Shown in pieces: positions 38,095 through 50,610 of a stretch of DNA of 64,000 bases (position 1 is the first letter of the stretch; each line of letters opens with the position of its first letter). This DNA is from Octopus sinensis (Eukaryota): positions 63,302,001 to 63,366,000 of the forward strand of contig NC_043008.1 of NCBI RefSeq assembly GCF_006345805.1, given 5' to 3'. The notes beneath the pieces are model-generated. The model was not told the origin of the DNA, ran no database searches, and saw only the letters and a list, made by a program, of their open reading frames with translations. The translations under genes and the position numbers were made by a program.

Positions 38095-38215
38095 CCTGTG
38101 TATGTATGTATGTATGTATGTATGTATGTATGTATGTATGTATGTATGTATGTATGTATGTATGTATGTATGTATGTATGTATGTATGTATGTATGTATG
38201 CATGCATATATGTAT
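38095..38215. repeat. (TATG)n microsatellite
   Basis: Direct inspection. Confidence 0.95.
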
Positions 38216-38219
38216 GTAT

Positions 38220-38636
38220 AGGTGTAGGAGTAGCTGTGTGGTAAGTAGCTTGCTTACGAACCACATGGTTCTGGGTTCAGTCTCACTGTGTGGCACCTTG
38301 GGCAAGTGTCTTCCACTATTGCCTCGAGCCGACCGAAGCCTTGTGAGTGGATTTGGTAGACGGAAACTGAAAGAAGCCTGTCGTGTATATGTGTGTGTAT
38401 ATATATATATGTATGTGTGTGTGTGTGTATATGTTTGTGTGTCTGTGTTTGTCCCCCCAACATCTCTTGACAACCAATGCTGGTGTGTTTACGTCCCCAT
38501 GACTTAGTGGTTCGGCAAAAGAGACCAATAGATAAGTACTAGGCTTACAAAGTATAAGTCCTGGGGTCAATTTGCTCGTCTAAAGGCGGTGCTCCAGCAT
38601 GGCCACAGTCAAATGACTGAAACAAGTAAAAATAGT
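38220..38636 (+). mobile_element. SINE family A, full length
   Basis: Similarity to other copies. Confidence 0.88.
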
Positions 38637-38639
38637 AAA

Positions 38640-39335
38640 AGACAGTATGTGCACATGTATGTATTTATATATGTATGCATGTTCATGTATGTACGTATGC
38701 ATGGATGTGTGGATGGATGGATGCATGTATGCATATACGTACATAAATATGCATATGTATGCATATATGTGTGTATGTATGTATGCATGAATGTATATAT
38801 GTATGCATGTATGTATGCATGCATGTATATATGTATGTATGCATGTGTATATGTATGCATGTATGTATGTATTCATGTATGTATGCATGTATGTATAAAT
38901 GTATGTATGCATGTATGCATGTATATATGTATCTATGTGTATATATGTATGTATGCTTACATGCATGTATGTATGTAGGTATATTTGTATGTATGCATAT
39001 ATGTATCTATGTACGTATGTATATATATATGTATGTATGCATGTATGTATAAATGTATGTATGCATGTATGCATGTATATATGTATCTATGTGTATATAT
39101 GTATGTATGCTTACATGCATGTATGTATGTAGGTATATTTGTATGTATGCATATATGTATCTATGTACGTATGTATATATATATGTATGCATGCATGCAT
39201 GTATGAAGGTAGATATATCTGTATGTATGCATATATGTATGTAGGTAGGTAGGTATGTCTGTATGTATGCATGTACATATGTATGTGTGTATCTGCTTTT
39301 GTCTGTATGTGTATGTATGTCTATGTGCATGTGTA
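38640..39335. repeat. Degenerate (ATGT)n tract containing a 154-bp tandem duplication
   Basis: ataaatgtatg at 38895 and 39049. Confidence 0.85.
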
Positions 39336-39465
39336 TTTATGCTTATTGTTTCTAATGCTTGACAGCTGGTGTTGGTTTGTTTGTGTTCCTGTAATTTAGC
39401 ACTGCAGCAAAAGAGACTGATGCAAAAGTAGCAGGCCTTAAGACAAATAAGTACTAGGAAAAGTA

Positions 39466-39765
39466 CAGTAATACCTCAACTTTCGCAGGTATTATGTTCC
39501 AACCCCGCCCCCCTGCAATAGGTGAAAATCCATGAAGTAGAAAAAAACAGTACTGTACTGTATAGTTGATTTGATTTGATTTTGATTTTGATTTTTCCAG
39601 TTTCAGCTTATGAGCTGTGGCCATGCTGGGGCACCGCCATTTATCATTTTTATAATTTGTATATATATCTATTTTATTATAAATGCAAAACAACACCACA
39701 GAAGAATTGATGTTAGCGATAGGTGAACCGCTATAGGTGAACTGTGATATGGCGACGGATTACTG
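39466..39765. mobile_element. Tigger/pogo-like MITE with TA TSD, itself containing a SINE tail fragment
   Basis: ta|cagtaatacctc ... gacggattactg|ta. Confidence 0.7.
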
Positions 39766-40076
39766 TACTAGGGTTTAGACAAAACTCTTGAAAGTGACAC
39801 CAATCATTACTTCTGTCCAATGAATAAAACAAATAAAGGGTAAAGATAAATGAAAAAGATATATATATTTATATATAGTAAGTCTATTTGCCAACACAAT
39901 GTGGCAGTCCTACACAGGATGATGTTGCTACTTTTTAGCTCCAGGAGAACATTTTTTCCACATCGACCTGTGTAAGACTGCTGCATTGTGTTGGCACATA
40001 GACTTTACTGTTCATTACTATTACTACATATTTCTCACTCAAAGATATAAAACTAGTTGTTGTTTTTTCCTTATTT

Positions 40077-40124
<48 letters not shown>

Positions 40125-40155
40125 TTATTTAAAAGCAGCAGAATTATAACAAAAG

Positions 40156-40193
40156 CTGTTACTCAGAGTTTCACGTTCCCGTTTGTCAGACAG
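40156..40193 (-). ncRNA. Minimal hammerhead motif, G8 mutated to A
   Basis: CUGU CUGACAA ACG GGAA CGU GAAA CUCUGAG UA ACAG. Confidence 0.55.
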
Positions 40194-40400
40194 TTTTCTT
40201 ATATATATATTAATACTTTGATACGATAGAGCACTCAATATAAATTCAGTATATAATATTCTCATTGAATATATTTAACTAAAGATTTATATATGTTGAT
40301 AGAAATGGTAAGACAACAAAAGAATGAAAGAGACCTTGACATTATGTAAATAGAGGAATTTATCTGTAAATATAATATGTGACAATTATTCTGTAGCCAT

Positions 40401-40461
40401 GATAAAATTCTGAGTTTCGGATGTCGGGGTGGAAACCCATGCCACTATCTCTTCAGTTATC
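40401..40461 (-). ncRNA. Hammerhead-like motif, degenerate stem III
   Basis: GAUAA CUGAAGA GAU...AUC C GAAA CUCAGAA UU UUAUC: 5-bp stem I. Confidence 0.45.
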
Positions 40462-40965
40462 CGGCCATCGAAAAAATGCTATGAAAATGACCGTTAAACA
40501 AAGGGAAATTACTGTTGTCACATATTACATTTACAGATATATATATATATATAATTTAATTATAAGATATGTTAACTTCATGAAGGGATGTTTGAATTCA
40601 AAGAAATACTGGTTGAATACCTTGTATTTTGGGGGACTGAAATTCTCTTAAAACAATAGTCTGCTGAAATGAATTGATGGGTCCACATATAACATCCAAA
40701 TGTACATCTTTATTTTCTATATATACTTATGTCACATAAATGTAAATTTAATGTACAAATTTGTAATTAAATTATTGAGTGTTAATTGAAATGGCTGTAA
40801 GAAGCAGAGATGACCAGTTTGATAAGAAACAATTATTAACTTCTTTATCTCCATTATTCTTTCTTTTAAATATAGGGAGAATTCATGAAAAAAACAAAAG
40901 ATGAAGACAGGTGGTGAAGAAAACAAACAGATGTATTTGTATAACGCTATATATATATATATACA

Positions 40966-41340
40966 TATTATAATAAATTAGAGACAAAACCACTATTATG
41001 CAAATCAAACAAAGAAAGACTTAAGCCAATACATAAAATATAAAATAATTTATATAAATTAAAATTTAACAAATGAATAACCACTACGATCGTTTCGTGT
41101 CAGCACATCTTAGACATTCTTCAGGTGGTTTCTAAACCTTCTTATATAGTTTATAACTCGCTAAGAAGGTTTAGAAACCACCTGCAGAATGTCTAAGATG
41201 TGCTGACACGAAACGATCGTAGTGGTTATTCATTTGTTAAATTTTAATTTATATAAATTATTTTATATTTTATGTATTGGCTTAAGTCTTTCTTTGTTTG
41301 ATTTGCATAATAGTGGTTTTGTCTCTAATTTATTATAATA
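40966..41340. mobile_element. 179-bp inverted repeat with 17-nt spacer, one mismatch (Penelope-like pLTR palindrome)
   Basis: 40966-41144 versus 41162-41340 compared base by base. Confidence 0.92.
41080..41129 (-). ncRNA. Minimal type I hammerhead motif
   Basis: ACCAC CUGAAGA A UGUC...GACA C GAAA CGAUCG UA GUGGU; the plus twin at 41177-41226 has CUGCAGA. Confidence 0.7.
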
Positions 41341-41422
41341 TAATATTTTATTATAAAATTGGATTCAATCTTAAATCTGATTTTTCCTTGTAAATTTGGA
41401 TTTATTCCCTAATATTTATTAT

Positions 41423-41457
<35 letters not shown>

Positions 41458-41513
41458 GCATATATATATATTTATATATTTATATATAAAAGAAATTCTT
41501 TTTTCAGAATGAG

Positions 41514-41727
41514 ATAAAACATCAAGGCTGTGAAGATTTTAGAACATTTATAAAAAGAAGGTCTTACAGCTGTTTCCAAGATATTTCTTATATCCCTTCA
41601 TCAGAGACGGTGTAGGAAAATGGTTAAGCAATAGTCTCTGATGAAGGGTCGTAAAAAATATCCCAGAAACAGCTGTAAGACCTTCTATTTGAAATGTTCT
41701 AAAATCTTCATAGCCTTGGTTTTTTAT
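41514..41727. mobile_element. Inverted repeat (arms of about 95 bp, 25-nt spacer), Penelope-like pLTR palindrome
   Basis: 41514-41608 versus 41634-41727. Confidence 0.82.
41561..41608 (-). ncRNA. Minimal type I hammerhead motif
   Basis: GUCU CUGAUGA A GGGAUAU aagaa AUAUCUU G GAAA CAGCUG UA AGAC; twin on plus strand at 41634-41681 with intact core. Confidence 0.68.
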
Positions 41728-41894
41728 GTCATTGTGAAAAAAATATATTTCTATATACACATGTTGATATATGACCTATGTTGGACTCCTTATTTGCATA
41801 ATCACCGAACCTGGAGCTTAACTATGGGCTATCCATAGCACTTACTCAGCATTACCTGACACCTTTGATCTCCCAGCATTACCTGACACCTTTG

Positions 41895-42025
41895 ATCTCC
41901 CATCAAAGACAAAGTATGAGCATTCAACTTTTGCTTATATCTTTGTGGAGCCTGGTGCAGCCTTCTGGCATCCAACCTATGCCAACATGAAGAGCTGACG
42001 TTAAACAACAATGATGATGATGATG
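41895..42025 (+). mobile_element. Short RTE 3' tail
   Basis: gagcctggtgcagccttctggc...gacgttaaac...(gat)n. Confidence 0.6.
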
Positions 42026-42150
42026 AATATCACATACTTAGAAGAATCATTACTGGCCCTCCTCAACAGGTGTGTTCGATGCTGTTTTCTCTTGTTAAAA
42101 CTGTAATGCAAGTGGTTGTGTATTCCACAGATACATGCACCCTAATACGA

Positions 42151-42396
42151 TCTACCAGCAGACTTAATGTAACACAGTATGTGGCAAATTTAAACCTCTT
42201 AAAATCAGGTATAATACATCCAAGAGGTTTCATATCATTTCCATCAACCCAATTTCACCCACAAGTCTTTGCTTTACCCGTGACTATATATAGTAAAGAA
42301 AAAACTTGCTCAAGATGTCAAGCTATGGAATTGAACCTGAAACCTACTGATGGCAAAGCAAACTTCTTAACTGTTTGATCATGTTGTGTGTGTATT
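42151..42396 (+). repeat. Copy 1 of a local duplication of about 245 bp (copy 2 at 44176-44419)
   Basis: High similarity by eye, including unique sequence plus a decayed SINE head. Confidence 0.85.
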
Positions 42397-42589
42397 CTTT
42401 ACTGTATTATTTTTTTATCTGTCTCAGTCATTGAACAGAAGATGTTTTGGGGCATCGACTTGAGGAATTTAGTTGAACTCTGGTTTGTTTGAAGTCTGGT
42501 ACTTATTCATTTGGTCTCCGTCTGCCAAATTGCTTAGTTACAGGATGTAAACAAACCAACACATGTTGTCAAGTTGTCTAAGATCAAAC

Positions 42590-42980
42590 ACAAAGACACA
42601 CACAGCCACACACATATATGGAAATATAAAGGCACATATGAATACACATAAACACACAAACACACATATAGACACATACACATGTAAATACAAACACAGA
42701 CACACAGACAAATATACAGTGATGCTTACACACACACAAACACACACATACACACACACACATACACACACACACACGTACGCACACATGCACACATACA
42801 CAAGCGGATACAAGTAAATGCATGAGTCTGTCTGGGCAAATGAAAACGTATATGAACATTTGTGCGATGAGCAATATTTATGTTTGAGCATGTGTGTGTG
42901 TGTGAGTGTGCATGTGTGTGTATATGTGCTTGTGTATGCCTATGTGTGTGTATGTATATCTGTATGTCTGTGTGTGTGTG
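42590..42980. repeat. (CA)n-rich then (TG)n-rich degenerate microsatellite
   Basis: Direct inspection. Confidence 0.85.
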
Positions 42981-43409
42981 GTTTTATAACATAATATCCG
43001 ATTATCAGGAAATTTTACATGCCTACATCAAGACTCTAATCAAATGCCCCAAAATATATTATATCTGCCTTTATCATATTTTAATGCTTTATACTATATC
43101 CACATTAGCTGTGCATTAGGAAATAATTATTCCAGTGGAGACACATGTGTAGATATAGATGAAGTGTTCAATAAGTCAGCCTGTTGTCAATTTAATATTC
43201 TCACTTCAGCAGATAGTTAGCGTCTGTTTAATATATATTCATGGCAGTTGAGCTCTTTTGAGAGATTCATTGAAGATGGTTGAAAAATAATTAACCGTAT
43301 TTTCATGAGGAATTAGATTAAAGTGTTATCACTGTTCGTGTTCTAATCTGTAAAGCAAGTAATATTGTTCTGTGTTATTGCATATTCTTTTTGTCTTCGC
43401 AAGCCTATT

Positions 43410-44080
43410 GATGTTCATATCATCGTCGTGGTCGTCATCGTTGTCATCATCATCATCGTCGCTGCTATTGTTGTCATCACCAACGTCTTCATTATGACTA
43501 TCATCGTCATCGTCATTATCATTATCATCATCATCATTGTCGTCGTTGTCATCATCATTTTCACCACCATCACCATGGAGATGACTAAGACTGCTGCTAT
43601 TATCACAACGAAAGCAGCAACAACTATCACCATCACCATTACCACCACCACCAACAACAACACCATCGTCACCATCATCATCATCAACATCATCATCATC
43701 ATTGTCATAGTTGTTGTCATCGTCATATTCGTTGTCGTCGGCGCCGTTGTCACATCTACTGCCACCACAACCAGCACAACGGTGACCACCTCCACAGCCA
43801 CTATCACAACCACCACCACAACTACGACCACTATCACTATCACCACTGCCATCATTATCTTCATAATCATTATCACTAACACCACAGCAATAACCACCAC
43901 CACTTCCACTACCACAAACACCACCACCACCACTACAGCCATTATAACCATCATCACCACTACTATCTTCCTCATCAGCCCTGTCATCATCACCATCAAC
44001 ATCATCGTTATAATCATCATCATCATTATCACCATCATCACCATCTTCATCATTGTTTATCATCACCACCACCACCACAA
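43410..44080. repeat. Long degenerate trinucleotide tract (CAT/CAC/GTC)
   Basis: Direct inspection; produces long low-complexity ORFs on both strands. Confidence 0.9.
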
Positions 44081-44604
44081 GTTGATTGTTTCTTATCACA
44101 AAGCATTATTTCCAACCAATGTTACTAAAGATACCACAGAACATTGTCTGACCCTCTCTCTCTCTTTCTCTTAGGTCTTCCAGCAGACTTAATGTAACAC
44201 AGTACTTGACAAATTTAGACCTCTTAAAATCAGGTATAATACATCCAAGAGGTTTCATACCGTTTCCATCAACCCAATGTCTCCCACAAGTCTTTGCTTT
44301 ACCCATGACTATATATAGTAAAAAACACTTGCTCAAGATGTCAAACTATAAAATTGAACCTGGAACCTGCTGATAGCAAAGCAAATTTCTTAACTGTTTG
44401 ATCATGTTGTGAGTGTATTATCTCTCTCTCTCTCTCTCTGAATCAATTCTCTTTTCTACTCACTAATACTGGATCCACCAACTTTCCATTTACCAATCCA
44501 CCCCACCTCATAACTCAACCCTTTGCCTGTATGTTGGTAGCTACAAGGGATTACATGAGCTCAGTTTCCCTTATCTCCATCCTCCTCTCTTATCACCATC
44601 CTCC

Positions 44605-44850
44605 TGTGGAGGCATGTAGCTTAGTGGTTAGGGCTTCAGCATCATGATCATAAGATTGTGGTTTTGATTCCTGGATCAGGCAACACATTGTATTCTTGGA
44701 CAAAACACTTCATTTCATGTTGCTCCAGTTCACTCAGCAGGCAAAAATACGTAATCCAGTGATGGGCTGGCACCCCATCCAGGTGGGGAATATATACACC
44801 ATGAGACCAGGAAACCAGCCCTTATAAGTTGGTATGACTCAAGCAGGTAA
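44605..44850 (+). mobile_element. tRNA-derived SINE, degenerate
   Basis: gtggaggcatgtagcttagtggttagg...gttttgattcctgg head. Confidence 0.65.
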
Positions 44851-45144
44851 CTTTCAATTTACTTTGTATTCTTTCTCGTCACTCCATATCATTCTGTCGG
44901 CCTACATATTTTTAATCCTTTTCCCCAACATTTTCTGGGTTTCTGTTTTCACTCTGTCCCCTGAAACACATAGAATTCTGTCACTTTTCTGCCAATAAAG
45001 TCATGTTACCTTGAAAACAGAGACCTATCTCAGGAGACTAAATACTCTTATTGCTCCTCTTCTATCACACATTCATTTCCCTAAAAATTCTTCAAATCAG
45101 AGCCTAACATGGCCACAAAAGCTATGTGAATATATTTCTTTATA

Positions 45145-45510
45145 TAGGTGTAAGAGTGACTGTGAGGTAAGTAGCTTGCTTACCAACCACATGGTTCCGA
45201 GTTCAGTCTCACTGCATGGCACCTTGGGCAAGTGTCTTCTACTATAGCCTCAGGCCGACAAAAGCTTTGTGAGTGGATTTGGTAGACGGAAACTGAAAGA
45301 AGCCCATATGTTTGTGTACCTGTGTTTGTCCCCCCAACATTGCTTGACAACCGATGCTGGTGTGTTTACGTCCCCGTAAGTTAGCGATTCAGCCAAAGGA
45401 TTGATAGAATAAGTACTAGGCTTAAAAAGAATAAGTCCTGGGGTCAATTTGTGCGAATAAAGGTGGTGCTCCAGCATGGCCACAGTCAAATACTATAACA
45501 AATAAAAAGG
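45145..45510 (+). mobile_element. SINE family A
   Basis: Similarity to other copies. Confidence 0.85.
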
Positions 45511-45803
45511 AGTATGTGTATTTACAGGCATAGATTTACTTGATTATAAAAACTAAATTAAATTAGAATTAGACATTTCATTAATATGAATACAAGACAG
45601 AAAATTCATTAACAGAAAATCTCTTTGTAAGTACTTAACAGAATAAATATTGGTGTATATTGATTAATTCTGTGTATTCACAAGTGTATATATGCATGCA
45701 TTTTGCATGCATGTGTGTGTATATTTGTTTTTGTGTACGTATATACATGTTTGTGATAATTAATTTTTAAGCATTTTTTACATTAATAAGCAAGATATCA
45801 TTT

Positions 45804-46400
45804 AGTGAGCTGGCAGAATCGTTAGCATGCTGGGTGAAATGCTTAGTGGTATTTCGTCTGCTGCTACATTCTGAGTTCAAATTCTACCGGGGTCGATTTT
45901 GTCTTTCATCCTTTCAGGGTTGATTAAGTAAGTATCAGTTAAGCACTGGGGTCGATATAATTGACATAATCCGTTTGTCTGTCCTTGTTTGTCCTTCTCT
46001 GTGTGTAGCCCCTTGTGGGTAGTAAAGAAATAGGTATTTCGTCTGTCTTTACATCCTGAGTTCAAATTCCACCGAGGTTAACTTTGCCTTTCATGCTTTC
46101 AGGGTCGATAAATTAAGTACCAGCAGCGTACTGAGGTCAATCTAATCGACTGGCCCCCTCCCCAAAAGTTTCAGGCCTTGTGCCTAGAGCAGAAAAGAAT
46201 CGTTAACACACTGGGCAAAACACTTAGTGGCATTCTGGCGGTCTTTACATTCTGAGTTCAAATTCATCTGAGGTCGACTTTATATTTCATCTTTTTGGGG
46301 GGGATCAATAAAATAAGTACCAGTTGAGTCCTAGGGTCATTGTAATCAACTCACACCACTCCCTCAAAATTGCTGGCATTTGGCTAAAATTTGAAATCAG
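45804..46400 (+). mobile_element. SINE family B (internally dimeric) plus an adjacent partial copy
   Basis: gagctggcagaa...ttctgagttcaaattcc...ctttcatcctttcggggtcgataaattaagtacc unit, repeated. Confidence 0.8.
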
Positions 46401-46406
46401 AATTAA

Positions 46407-46626
46407 CCCTTTCATTACCAACCCGGCTGAAACCACCTCTGGCTCTGAGTACAAATGTCTTGTTTTCATAAATTTTGAATTAAAATCTTCCACCAAACCT
46501 TAGTCACAATTTATGTTCCTAAGACTAACTGAATGATAACTAAGTTATTTTACTAAATTCTTTGTTATATTTATAATTAATTGAAAGACACACATAGCAT
46601 CTCAAATAAATCCAGTAACGAATGGG
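46407..46626 (-). mobile_element. piggyBac-like MITE copy
   Basis: ttaa|ccctttc ... gaatggg|ttaa. Confidence 0.8.
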
Positions 46627-46654
46627 TTAAACGCTTGACAAAGACAGCAAACAG

Positions 46655-46860
46655 ACAATTATTAGCATGGTGGGCAGAGTGCTTAGCAACATTTTGTCCA
46701 TTTTCAAGGTCTGAGTTCAAATTATGCAGGCGTTGCTTTTGCCTTTCATCCTTTCAGGATTAATAAAATAAGTTCTAATTCAGTCCTGGAGTTGATGTAA
46801 TCAAGTGATCTCCTCCCTCCAAATCGATGGCCTTGTGTCAAAATTTGAAACTAATATACA
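46655..46860 (+). mobile_element. SINE family B, degenerate
   Basis: Similarity to 61383-61614. Confidence 0.6.
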
Positions 46861-47349
46861 AGATGCTGTCATTCACCAAAGTTGAATTCAATGCTATCTC
46901 CTCTGATCATTATTGTTATATTAGGTTTGTCTTAAAGGATGTCAAGTAAATTCATATATTGATTGAGATTCCGTATCATACAACACTGGATCAAAATATA
47001 TGAATTCTTTCTTATGAGAATACAAGCCACATGCAATAAAGGAATATAACTATTTCTTATATTCTGTGAGTATGTAACATGTATACAGTATTATAAGAAC
47101 ATTCTAGCCATTAAATAAAGACACATGGTTTGATGATCAGCAGGGTGTTAAACGACAGTGTTAATTAGCAAAATCAAATGGTTCTAGTTTGCTGCAATAT
47201 TGAAAATCATATAATATATTTGAAAATCTAATAGATTAGGTTCCCATTAGTAGATGATCCATCATCTGCTGTAATTGTCAATCTCTGAATAATTTATGCA
47301 AAAGGGAATTTAGAATATTGAGCTCGTGAAAAATTAAATAAAATCGCTA

Positions 47350-47412
47350 AAACATCATGATTATCATGATCATCATCATGATCGTTATCATGATTATGAT
47401 CATCATCATCAT

Positions 47413-47451
<39 letters not shown>

Positions 47452-47467
47452 AATCATCGTTATCGTT

Positions 47468-47525
<58 letters not shown>

Positions 47526-47680
47526 CCATCATCAACATCATCATGTAATGTCTGTTTTCCATGTTGGCATAGGTTGGACAGTTTGACTGAAAGCTGGTAA
47601 GCTGGAGGGCTTCACCAGGTTCCAATCTGATTTGGCATAGTTTCTACAGCTGGAAGCCTTTCCTAATGCCAGCCACGCCA
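47350..47680 (-). mobile_element. RTE 3' tail with greatly expanded (GAT)n
   Basis: 47545-47680 matches the RTE tail; (CAT)n at 47350-47545. Confidence 0.7.
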
Positions 47681-47869
47681 GAGTGGCATGTGTGCTTTGT
47701 ATGAGCTACCAGCATGGGTGCCATTTACATAACACCTGCGTTGCCCATGACTACAATCTCATTTGGCTTGGAAGGCCTTCTCAAGCACGGTATATCGCCA
47801 AAAGTCTCAATCACTTGTCACTGCCTCCATGGGGCCTAAATTTCGAATGGTTCTTTATATGTACTACTA

Positions 47870-48140
47870 GTAAGGAGACCCAATTACGCAACACTGGCCA
47901 TCGTTGTTATCATAATCATCATCCTGCAGGTGGCACATAAAAAGCACTATTTGAGCGTGGCCGTTGCCAGTACCACCTGACTGGCCCTCGTGCCGGTGGC
48001 ACATAAAAACACCCACTACACTCTCGGAGTAGTTAGTGTTAGGAAGGGCATCCAGGTGTAGAAACTCTGCCAGATCAGATTGGAGTCTGGTGCAGCCATC
48101 TGGTTTACCAGACCTCAGTCAAATCGTCCAACTCATGCTT
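47870..48140 (+). mobile_element. RTE 3' UTR fragment
   Basis: gccggtggcacataaaaacacccactacactctc module. Confidence 0.7.
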
Positions 48141-48544
48141 ACAAGGCTATGAAGCTCAAGCACAGTAAAGGTATTATAGTAAGTCATGTAGACTTAGAAG
48201 AGCTGGTTTCTCAGTTTCAAGGTTTATCTATTCCTCACCTGGATGGGACGCTGGTCTGTTCCAAGATTACTCAACTGAGTAGACTGGAGCAATGTGAAAT
48301 GAAGTGTTTTGCTCAAGAACACAATGCATCTCCCAGTCCAGGAATTGAAACCACAATCTTACAATCATAAGTCCAACACCTTAACCACTAAGCAATGCAC
48401 CTCCACTGCTCAAGCAAAGAAATTATATACAAGGAGAAAATGCTGTTGTGATTTGTGCAAGCATTGAAAGGCAGACATTAGAAAAACAGAATAATGATGA
48501 AAAAATTAGCAATACAGCAAGTAGATTATTTCATACTCTACTCA

Positions 48545-48950
48545 ACCATAGAAAAACCCTTCTTTCTTTATCTTCTCTTTCTCTCTCCCTCTATTTATCC
48601 TCTTTTGTCTGCCCTCCCTCTCTCTCTCTCACTTTATCCTTCCCATTTCTCTCCCTCCACCACTCTCCCTTCCCTTGCTCTTCTTCCCCCCCGCTCTCTT
48701 TCCCTTTCTCTATCTCACTCCCCTCTCACCTTCTCCTCTCTCTCCCTTCTCTGTCTCCCTCTCTATTTCTACCTTCTCCTTCCACTTCCCCTCTCTTCTA
48801 CCTCCCCTTTACCCCCTCTCTCACTCCCCTATGTCTTTCCTGCTCCTCTCCCTCTTTCTCCCCTCTGTGCCTCTCCCAAGCCTCTCTACCTCTCCACCCC
48901 TTTTTCTACCTCTCTCTCTCTCTCTCTTCCTGTATGTCTCTTACACTTTC
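48545..48950. repeat. Polypyrimidine (CT-rich) tract of about 400 bp
   Basis: Direct inspection. Confidence 0.9.
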
Positions 48951-50610
48951 TAATTCTTTCCTTAAGAGAAGTGGTTGATTTATGAAGCAGCATGAGATAT
49001 GAGATACTTAGTCAGGGTGTCAAAGATGGGAGGAAGAATGAGCAGCTAGCAAGCATTTGGTTACAAGCAGACTGGCATACACATGTACACACACACACAC
49101 ACACACATACACACATACACACACACATTCACAAACGCCATTATAATAAGGATTTAGCTCGCAAAAATGCTCTTTCAAGTGAAATCACATATCAATAACT
49201 GTATATTGCTTATAACGATACTTGTCTCAGTAAACAATTTCGGTAAAATGTTCTTACTATCAATTCTTCTATGACATCATTATAATAGGCTAGACTATCC
49301 AGGAAAACTAGACTAACATCGATTTTAATCACCTTATAACATCTGAGAAGCCACATACACTGTCAGCTGCCTTTGAAGAATTTTAAACTGTATAGAGCTG
49401 AGAGATTCTCAATTTAACTTGTGTCATTTATCAAACAGAAACCTCAATAAACATATTTGTACCTCACTTTATTCTAGTATTTTAGTAGTCTTCTTTGCTC
49501 TTCATATTGTCATTATGTTCTAAACAGCGACAGCTTTCTACCTTTATTTCTTATAACTAGTATCTTTATTGTTTTCAATAAAATTTCCTATAGAATAACC
49601 CTACACAAGTGTTTTATGATGATACAAAGATAGTTTAGTGTCATAATTCATCTTTAATCCTTACTAGTAATGTAAGTCAAAAGTAAGACGTGTGTGTTTT
49701 GCGTGTGTTTGTGTTTAATATCGCGACTTTTAACTGGATTTTAGTTTCTGGGCCAATCTTTTCGACACTACGATATTGGTTCTTGTTTTATTGATTCCAA
49801 AGTATTAAATGGACAAATTGATTGTTGGCAGCATATTTACTGCAAATCTGTTGCTCTAACAAATTCTTTATATAACTTGATTCTGTCTGGTTGCTTGTTA
49901 GCAGCTATAATTTACAAACTTACATAAAATATCTATAAAGTAAATATGTGATTTGATATTAAGTAAGATATATATATATATATATACATATGTATATATG
50001 TGTATTATGTATGTATGTATGTATATGTTTTTTAAAATGTAATATGTTTATTTATAAAGGTTTCACTATTCACACACACAATTTATATAACTGGTAAAAT
50101 AATTATCTAATTTATTTCTCTCCCTGAAAAAAAAATCAATAATAGTTTAACAACATTTTCTCTTTAAATAAGAAAAAAAAATTTGCAAGTAGTAAGACAA
50201 ATATTAAAATATCATTTTATTTTAATGTTAAAAATCTAAACTCTGTTTTTATTGTATTTGTGAATGATGGATGTCAGAATTGGTAGAATATAGGGCAAAA
50301 TGCCTTGTGTTATTTGGTTGGTCCTTTTGATGTTCTGAATTCGGATTCTACTTGGGTTGATTTTTGTCTTCTAATCATCTGGTTAGCCAGACCTCAGTCA
50401 AATCGCCCAACCCATGCTAGCATGGAAAGTGGACTTTAAACAATGATGATGATGATGATGATGATTATTGAAGGCAATGCCCCAGTATGGTCACAACCTT
50501 AAATGTGAAACAAAGCCATAATGAGTAGCTGCATTGTCTACCTCTCCCTCTATAAATATCTACCAGTATCATATTGTCATTCATAATGAGAGTTATATGT
50601 AATACATACA

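Noticed and set aside
43329-44174. 256-269 aa ORFs (poly-D, poly-I/T, poly-M/V); similar at 37019-37537, 47347-47625 and 63581-63847
   Set aside because: Open in several frames on both strands because of trinucleotide repeats; no splice or domain evidence
48448-48985. S/L/P-rich ORFs
   Set aside because: CT-rich low-complexity tract
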